NCBI GenBank assembly: GCA_019058295.1
Contig: JAHPZI010000009.1
Coordinates: forward strand, 1 to 25,202
DNA: 25,202 bases
Source: Promethearchaeota archaeon
GTDB taxonomy: Archaea; Asgardarchaeota; Lokiarchaeia; Sigyniarchaeales; SOKP01
Reading direction: 5' to 3'
The position numbers and the translations under genes were made by a program. A model generated the notes under the pieces. It did not search any database. It was not told the DNA's origin and worked only from the letters and a program-made list of their open reading frames with translations. Below, in pieces: positions 19,181 to 25,202 of the stretch (position 1 is its first letter; each line of letters opens with the position of its first letter).

Positions 19181-20269
19181 TTGCCTTTAATGTTTGAATT
19201 GCAAGTACTATTCATCATGTCATTAGTAATGTTTGGAACAGCTGCAGGGATATTATATTTAGGTCAGAGAAAGGGAACTCATAATATATTATTATGGGCT
19301 TTATTTCCTCTTGTAAGGGGAATACATCAATTAATTGAGTTTATAGCAGATTATAATGAGATGGTTTTAGGTAAACAATATTTTTTCTTTGATCGTATGG
19401 AAATTTTTACTGGATTTTGTGCTACTTTTGTTTTACTTGCTGCATGTTTAGAATTCAACGAGACGATTAAAAAACCTTATGGTAAGCTAATCGTTCTTTT
19501 TATTGCTTTAATCCCACTTTATTATCTTTTAACTGTCGGTAATGCAGAACTTGAGAAATTGGAAGATCAAATTCTTTTTGAAGGATTTTTTGCTACCTCA
19601 GATCCACCTCGATTACTTTACGGATTTGTTTTACCTTTAATTTCAGCTCTTGTTATTATTGGAGCATATTTCTATTATCAATATCAAGTTAAAAAAGAAA
19701 AAATAGTTCATAATCCGAAAATATTGAGAACTACCGTCATTATTGTTGTGTTAATTTTATTGTTCTCATTTTTTGAGGGATTTGATTATGAAAAACAAGA
19801 GTTAATTTTTACTTTATTTCGTGCAATATCATTATCTCTCTTTATAATAATACCCTTAATCATCATATTTACAGAGGATTTAGGATTACAGAGATTTTTC
19901 ATTATTGAAGATTCAGGGCTGCCGTTATATATTTATAATTTTCAATCAAAAGAGCCTGTGTCATCAGAAGATTTATCCTTTTTAGTATCTGGTTTTTTAA
20001 CTGCTATTCTAAATTTTTCTGATGAAATATCAACAGAAAGAGGCGGTTTTTTATCAATTCGGTCTCAATATCTATATTATTCACTTTTAAAAAGAAACAG
20101 AAAAATATATGCACTTCAATCAATAATATTTACTAAAAACTTAGAAAGCGCGTTTTTTGATGCTGTTAGACAAATCGACATTTTTACTGCTGAAATGGAA
20201 AATAAAATGATAAAAAGTAATATTCAGCTTAGTGAAATTATTGATAAGAACTTTTTGACCTTTTATTAG
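19181..20269 (+). CDS. Seven-TM membrane protein with C-terminal longin-like cytoplasmic domain
   Basis: Seven hydrophobic segments in aa ~5-231; C-terminus FFIIEDSGLPLYIYNF...LVSGFLTAILNFSDEI has the longin beta-beta-helix pattern common in Asgard proteins. Confidence 0.7.
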   Translation: MPLMFELQVLFIMSLVMFGTAAGILYLGQRKGTHNILLWALFPLVRGIHQLIEFIADYNEMVLGKQYFFFDRMEIFTGFCATFVLLAACLEFNETIKKPYGKLIVLFIALIPLYYLLTVGNAELEKLEDQILFEGFFATSDPPRLLYGFVLPLISALVIIGAYFYYQYQVKKEKIVHNPKILRTTVIIVVLILLFSFFEGFDYEKQELIFTLFRAISLSLFIIIPLIIIFTEDLGLQRFFIIEDSGLPLYIYNFQSKEPVSSEDLSFLVSGFLTAILNFSDEISTERGGFLSIRSQYLYYSLLKRNRKIYALQSIIFTKNLESAFFDAVRQIDIFTAEMENKMIKSNIQLSEIIDKNFLTFY

Positions 20270-20400
20270 AAAACTAATCTTTTCAGAACTTTAGAGTAAT
20301 AAACCGTTTCTTTTTTTTAGATCAAGATAATTTTATTATAACATATTTATATGATCTTATCAAAAATATCTTTGAATAATAAATTTTTAAGATTTTAATA

Positions 20401-23352
20401 GTGCAAAAAGCATTGACGATTTTAACTTTCGATATAAAAAAAATCGAAGAGCTTATTTCTAACGGTAACCATGAAAAAGCCGCTGAAGAAATCTTTAAAG
20501 CTATAGAAGAACAAAATAATGAAGAATTAATTTATAAGAGTTTAAATCTTCTAAATTTAATTTGTGATAAAACACCCTCAATATCATTAAAAACTATTAA
20601 AAATATTGAAAGATTTATAACTGATTCTAATTCTTGGATTAGACTAGTCTCTTTAGAGATATTATATCAGATCTCTATGTTTAGACCCAACTTATTGATA
20701 GATTTAATTGATAAAATCCGAGCACGATTTTTTGATAACGATTCTTCTGTAAGAAGAATGAGCGTTAAAATAATGGGAAATTTAATTTTATCATTGCACA
20801 TAGATTTAAATAAACTTCAAATGCTAATTGACGAATTTACTGAAAAATTAATGGATGATGATTGGAAAGTAAAATTTCAAGTTATAAAAACAATTAAAAA
20901 GCTTTTAAACCAAGATTATACAAAAATTAGAGATATTGAACCTTTATTATCTATATTTATTATCAATCTAAGAGATGAGGACGAAGACGTTGCAAGAGCA
21001 GCAGCAGATGTAATAAAAATATTGGGTACATACTTTCTTTCTAAGGAAAAAATTTTTTATATTTTATTGAATCTTCTTTATAACGAAAAGCCGAGAGTTA
21101 AAGAATTAATTATCTGGTTATTTGGAGAAATCGGTAAAGAAAAATCCTCTGAAATAATTCCAATCATCCCGAAATTAATTAATCTTTTAAAGAAACACGA
21201 TTATAGAATTCAATTAAAAGTAGTGGATGCTTTAGTTAATATAGCTGAGAATAATTTTGATCAAATATTTTCTAACTTAATAACTTCTTTAGATACGAGT
21301 GATCATGAATTTCGCAATAGTTTAATTAATTGTCTTTATGATCTTAGCCAAAAAAATATTTCTGTCATTTTTCCTTACTTATTTGAAGAATTAGAGAATC
21401 CTTCTGAAAATATTAGAGAAGGAATAGCCTTAGTTTTCAAACGGTTATTTGAAGAATATCAAATAGAGATAGAAAATGAAATTACTAAAATTCTATACCA
21501 TTTAGAATCAAAATATTGGAGGGAAAGAAAAAATACAATTATATTATTACAAAACATCTGTTTTATATTAAAAAATCATGAATTGGCTGTTTGGATTATA
21601 TTTGAATTGAATAAAGCTTTACAAGAGGAGTTAGATTCAGATATAAGAGATGAATTAATTTACACGATAAAAAAGATTAAATCAAACTTTGAAGATATTG
21701 ATAAAAAAATCCAAAAAGCAAAATACGAGTTAAATTTATTAAATAAAGAAATCAGCAAATTTCGAAAAATTCCTGCTGAATTTAGAGAAAAGTTGGACTC
21801 CTATATAAAAGATTACAAATTTAGTGATACTGAAGTACGCTTGGGTAAAGAATACAATAAAATCTTGAAAAAAATAAACAAGTTTAATATCAAAATAAAT
21901 AACATTAAATATAAGCGGTTGGCATTTGATTTAATAGAAGATTGGGAAGATACAAAGGTACAAGTAATCGACGAATTAAGTATTATAAAGGGTTTTATCA
22001 CAAAAACCTACGAAGATAAAAAAGTAGAATTTCTTGCGAATTTAAAAAGAAAAATTCAATTACTTGATGATAAAATCAATGTATTTATAGCAAAATTCGA
22101 TTATATTAAAGATTATAATTATAATAATAAATTAGAGGTTATAATGCAAAATTTCATAAGTGACAGTGGAATATTAGAAGAAGAATTCGCAATTATCACA
22201 CAATTAAGAAAAAATTTGTTTAAATTAGATATGGATATAAGAGAATTATTGATTCATAATGTTGAGTTTAATGATATCTTCCATTCGTTAATAAAAAAAT
22301 GGGTTATAACCAAAATTGAAATTCAAAAATATTTAATCAATCTTGATAATCAAATTAAAGTAATAAAAGAACAAATTATTACTGACTATATGCAAATAGA
22401 AGGTTCAGCCAAAGATTCTAAAGAGGTAGATAGTGTAACTAATGAACTTGCGTTCCAAATTATTCAAAGTCATATCCACGCAGTCATTTCGCAAGGCATT
22501 GAAGTCTTGAAAAAATATAACGATAAATTCAATAAATATAATTCCAAACTTGAACTCTTTATTAAGAAAAAAGACTTTGCTAACGTAAAAAAATTAATGG
22601 ATATGAGATCTACACAAATCCAAACATTTATCTCCGAGACTGAACATCAAATTGATAATATAATTGGAAATGAAAAACTCTTTGAAGACAAGAAAAATGG
22701 ATTTGATTTATTTGTTAGACCCTACATTGATAAATGGAATTCCTCTAAAGAATTACTTATTCAAAAATTAAGACATTTTAATCGGAAATATGAAGAAAGA
22801 CTTTATATAACTCAAATTAAATATTATTTAAAAATAATGAATCCAATAAAACTTAATTTACTCTCTTCTTATGTTGGATTGGAAAAAGAACAGTTAACGG
22901 AATTTATACTTAAATTCATTAATAAAAATAAACTTAATGCTAAAATTGTAAATAATTACCTATATTCCCAAAAAATTGAATATAATGTTGTTGACGATAA
23001 AGATCTTCTCGTATTCAAAAATGTTAAAACCATTAGTAATAAAATGTATCTTTACTTTAAGTTGAATAATCATTCAAATTTAGATTTTAAAGATTTACAA
23101 ATTTCTTTAAAGGTTCCTACTTATCTTAGATTTTTGAAAAAGGAGAGCTTTCCAAAATATTTTCATTTAAACGATTTAAAATCGGGAAATGTGTTTAAGT
23201 TTAATTACATATTAAAAATAGATAAGAATATTAACAGGAATTTATCCAATATGAGTCCTAGTGCTGATGAGATATCACTTAATTTGTATTACAAAGACGC
23301 ATTCCAAATCCCAAGGAGAACAACTAAAAGAATAGATCTTCTTCTCCCTTAG
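20401..23352 (+). CDS. Large HEAT/ARM-repeat protein with coiled coil, PCI-like winged helix and C-terminal Ig-like beta-sandwich
   Basis: Repeated HEAT motifs (DSNSWIR, DNDSSVR, DDDWKVK, DEDEDVAR, NEKPRVK, NPSENIR); helical middle; IKLNLLSSYVGLEKEQLTEFILKFINKNKLNAKI winged-helix-like; alternating beta pattern in the last ~120 aa. Confidence 0.75.
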   Translation: MQKALTILTFDIKKIEELISNGNHEKAAEEIFKAIEEQNNEELIYKSLNLLNLICDKTPSISLKTIKNIERFITDSNSWIRLVSLEILYQISMFRPNLLIDLIDKIRARFFDNDSSVRRMSVKIMGNLILSLHIDLNKLQMLIDEFTEKLMDDDWKVKFQVIKTIKKLLNQDYTKIRDIEPLLSIFIINLRDEDEDVARAAADVIKILGTYFLSKEKIFYILLNLLYNEKPRVKELIIWLFGEIGKEKSSEIIPIIPKLINLLKKHDYRIQLKVVDALVNIAENNFDQIFSNLITSLDTSDHEFRNSLINCLYDLSQKNISVIFPYLFEELENPSENIREGIALVFKRLFEEYQIEIENEITKILYHLESKYWRERKNTIILLQNICFILKNHELAVWIIFELNKALQEELDSDIRDELIYTIKKIKSNFEDIDKKIQKAKYELNLLNKEISKFRKIPAEFREKLDSYIKDYKFSDTEVRLGKEYNKILKKINKFNIKINNIKYKRLAFDLIEDWEDTKVQVIDELSIIKGFITKTYEDKKVEFLANLKRKIQLLDDKINVFIAKFDYIKDYNYNNKLEVIMQNFISDSGILEEEFAIITQLRKNLFKLDMDIRELLIHNVEFNDIFHSLIKKWVITKIEIQKYLINLDNQIKVIKEQIITDYMQIEGSAKDSKEVDSVTNELAFQIIQSHIHAVISQGIEVLKKYNDKFNKYNSKLELFIKKKDFANVKKLMDMRSTQIQTFISETEHQIDNIIGNEKLFEDKKNGFDLFVRPYIDKWNSSKELLIQKLRHFNRKYEERLYITQIKYYLKIMNPIKLNLLSSYVGLEKEQLTEFILKFINKNKLNAKIVNNYLYSQKIEYNVVDDKDLLVFKNVKTISNKMYLYFKLNNHSNLDFKDLQISLKVPTYLRFLKKESFPKYFHLNDLKSGNVFKFNYILKIDKNINRNLSNMSPSADEISLNLYYKDAFQIPRRTTKRIDLLLP

Positions 23353-23458
23353 AAAAACATTCTTTTATTTTAGAAAATTAATCTAAATATAAAATCATAT
23401 TATCGATTTTATTAATAGAAAAATTATATAAATTAAAAAAGAATATTTGAGGTGTTTA

Positions 23459-24487
23459 ATGGAAAAGGAATACAGGTTAACCAAACAAGTAAAGATATTC
23501 GGATGATCATGTAAACTAGGAAGCAGCAAATTAAACGAACTATTGACGAATGTAGGATTACTTAAAGAGGGGGACATAGAAGACGCGGCAATTATACCTA
23601 TACCAAACACTGATATGGTTCAAATAAAAAACCTTGATATTTTCACACCCATAGTAGATGAACCGAAAATTATGGGAGAAATTGCCGCCTGTAACGTCAC
23701 TAACGATATTTTTGCGATGAACGTTCCAGAGATTTCAGGAATGTTAGTTTTTCTCGCAATTAAAACCGATACACCATTAGAAATTGCTGAAGGGATTCTT
23801 GAAGGTATTAAAAATTTCATGGAAAAGAAAATTAATTCTAAAGTGGTTGGAGGTCACACAATTTACAGTGAATGGCCTTTAATGGGTGGTGAAGCGAGTG
23901 GATTCCTTCATAAGGATCAAGTGATTCGAAAGATTGGCGTAAAGAAAGGAGATAAATTAATTCTTACAAAACCTATAGGATTACAACCAATTTCAGCAGC
24001 GTATAGGATTTTAAAAGACTCTCCTGAGATGCTAGAAGAATATTCCTTAAATGAGCTTAAGAATTCAATCGATCTTGCAATAAAAATAATGACTACTTCA
24101 ACTCAAAATGTAATTAAAACAATACACTCATACAAAGATTTTTCGTTTGTACACGCAATGACCGATGTTTCTGGTTTTGGTCTTGCGGGACATTTACAAG
24201 AAATGCTTCAAAATTCTAAACTATCAGCAATTATAGAAACTACTCCATATATAAAATTATCTAAGGAGCTTTCTGACGATTTAGGTTATGCTTTCGAAGG
24301 TTGTTTTAGTGCTGAAACATCAGGTGGGTTGTTAATATCTGTAGATCAAAATTATGTCGAAGACTTTTCTAATGCTTTAAAAAGCAATGGTATTAATAAT
24401 TGGACTGTCGGAACAATTGATAAAATACAACCTAAACTTGTGAAAGTCTCAGAAAAAGTCGAATATCTTGAAATTACGAAACTTTAA
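23459..24487 (+). CDS. selD: Selenophosphate synthetase, selenoprotein (in-frame UGA = Sec16), 342 aa
   Basis: SD GAGGTG at 23449-23454, ATG 23459, MEKEYRLTKQVKIFG-TGA(23504-23506)-SCKLG in frame with the 23543 ORF; EDAA, DIFTP, NDIFAM, GGHT, LTKPIG, TDVSGFGLAGH, ETSGGLL motifs. Confidence 0.95.
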
Positions 24488-24557
24488 CTCCATAAAGCAT
24501 GAATCTTATGTAAAAATGTTAGACATAAGGCGACTAACCTTGCGATGGATTATGGAG
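24488..24557 (+). promoter_or_regulatory. 3'UTR SECIS element, eukaryote-like AUGA-AAA-GA type
   Basis: Directly after the selD stop: outer stem CTCCATAA/TTATGGAG, ATGA at 24499-24502, stem TCTTATGT/ACATAAGG with apical AAAAA, then GA at 24532-24533. Confidence 0.85.
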
Positions 24558-24644
24558 AATTAAACAAATTTTAAACGAGAAATTCTTAAAAAAAATAGAG
24601 AAGTACTTAAGCTATGTTAAATCCTAATTTCACCAAATTTCAGT

Positions 24645-24761
24645 TTAAGGTGCGACCTCACCGCAACCTGGGATACTTACTCCAGCAGCGGCCATACTTA
24701 AACCATAGGAAACAGTCAATAAGATAGCTAAAGCTACTAATACTTTTTTACTTAATTCCAT
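24645..24761 (-). CDS. Small secreted/membrane peptide (38 aa)
   Basis: SD-like GAAGTGA upstream; MELSKKVLVALAILLTVSYGLSMAAAGVSIPGCGEVAP*; signal-peptide-like N/H regions; more GC-rich than its flanks. Confidence 0.7.
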   Translation of the reverse strand: MELSKKVLVALAILLTVSYGLSMAAAGVSIPGCGEVAP

Positions 24762-24917
24762 TATTATAATCACTTCCAGATGATGATATTCTGGTAGTAA
24801 TTTTTAAAAAAAAATGTTTTTAAACCTCGAATTTTCTAATCAATATTTAATTTTACCTTCAAGTCTTAAGACAATCTCTTTGAATTCATCAAGAGCTTTA
24901 GAAATGGATCGCTCATT

Positions 24918-25202
24918 TTAAACGAAAATTATTAAAATAAATACGATTCCTCCGTGTAAAATTGCACATGCCAATAAATCTGCTTTAATTCTTAATAAAC
25001 TTAATAATAAAGCCATTATAAAAACGAAAATATAGAATATCCCAAATCCTATAAATGGTAAATAAAATAAGTGAGTTACAGTGAAAACTAAAGCAGTGAA
25101 AAGAATTGTCTGAACATCTTTCTCATTGGTTAATTCATTGATATGATTCTGAATTATCCCTCTAAACATAATTTCTTCATAAACTGCAGCTAAAACTGTA
25201 AA
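24918..25202 (-). CDS. CPBP (CAAX/Abi) family intramembrane glutamic protease, 3' part only
   Basis: Frame open to the window end: AAVYEEIMFRG (EExxxR), FTVTH (FxxxH) and AILHG motifs. Confidence 0.88.
   Translation of the reverse strand, partial: FTVLAAVYEEIMFRGIIQNHINELTNEKDVQTILFTALVFTVTHLFYLPFIGFGIFYIFVFIMALLLSLLRIKADLLACAILHGGIVFILIIFV

Noticed and set aside
19181-19880. Rhodopsin
   Set aside because: No retinal-binding lysine motif in helix 7.
23504-23506. selD as a pseudogene with a premature stop
   Set aside because: The TGA sits exactly at the catalytic Cys/Sec position, the rest of the gene is intact and a SECIS follows.
2161-23820. Short antisense ORFs in the track (e.g. 2161, 2581, 3321, 4070, 4537, 7094, 7391, 8342, 8864, 11577, 16054, 17292, 21813, 23395, 23620)
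   Set aside because: All lie opposite well-supported genes and show no motifs.
24840-24917. In-frame extension NERSISKALDEFKEIVLRLEGKIKY after the CPBP stop (readthrough or remnant)
   Set aside because: The stop is TAA and the CPBP domain is already complete; 25 open codons is within chance.

Overview
Very AT-rich archaeal chromosomal window, most consistent with Asgard archaea (Lokiarchaeia-like). This is inferred from a Sec-encoding selD with a eukaryote-type 3'UTR SECIS, a longin-like domain, methanofuran genes and GGTGA/GAGGTG-type SD motifs. Housekeeping content: CCG-type Fe-S oxidoreductase, LeuC/LeuD-family aconitase pair, HxlB, type II pantothenate kinase, DUF362, Asd, PAP2, NOG1 GTPase, MfnF/MfnE, a MaoC pair and a metallophosphoesterase. 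The ORF track misses or truncates several things: a secreted Kelch-repeat protein with 219-bp DNA repeats and hypervariable loops, the true UGA-containing N-terminus of SelD and its SECIS, an apparent non-AUG start for PanK, two small membrane/secreted peptide genes, a decayed MaoC duplicate, and two structured intergenic elements. The most intriguing candidates are an adjacent 7TM-longin gene plus HEAT/coiled-coil/winged-helix/Ig-appendage gene (adaptor/coat-like module), a 38-aa Cys-containing secreted peptide behind a CPBP protease, and a four-way-junction RNA plus terminator upstream of asd. All family calls come from motif recognition by eye; no searches were run.
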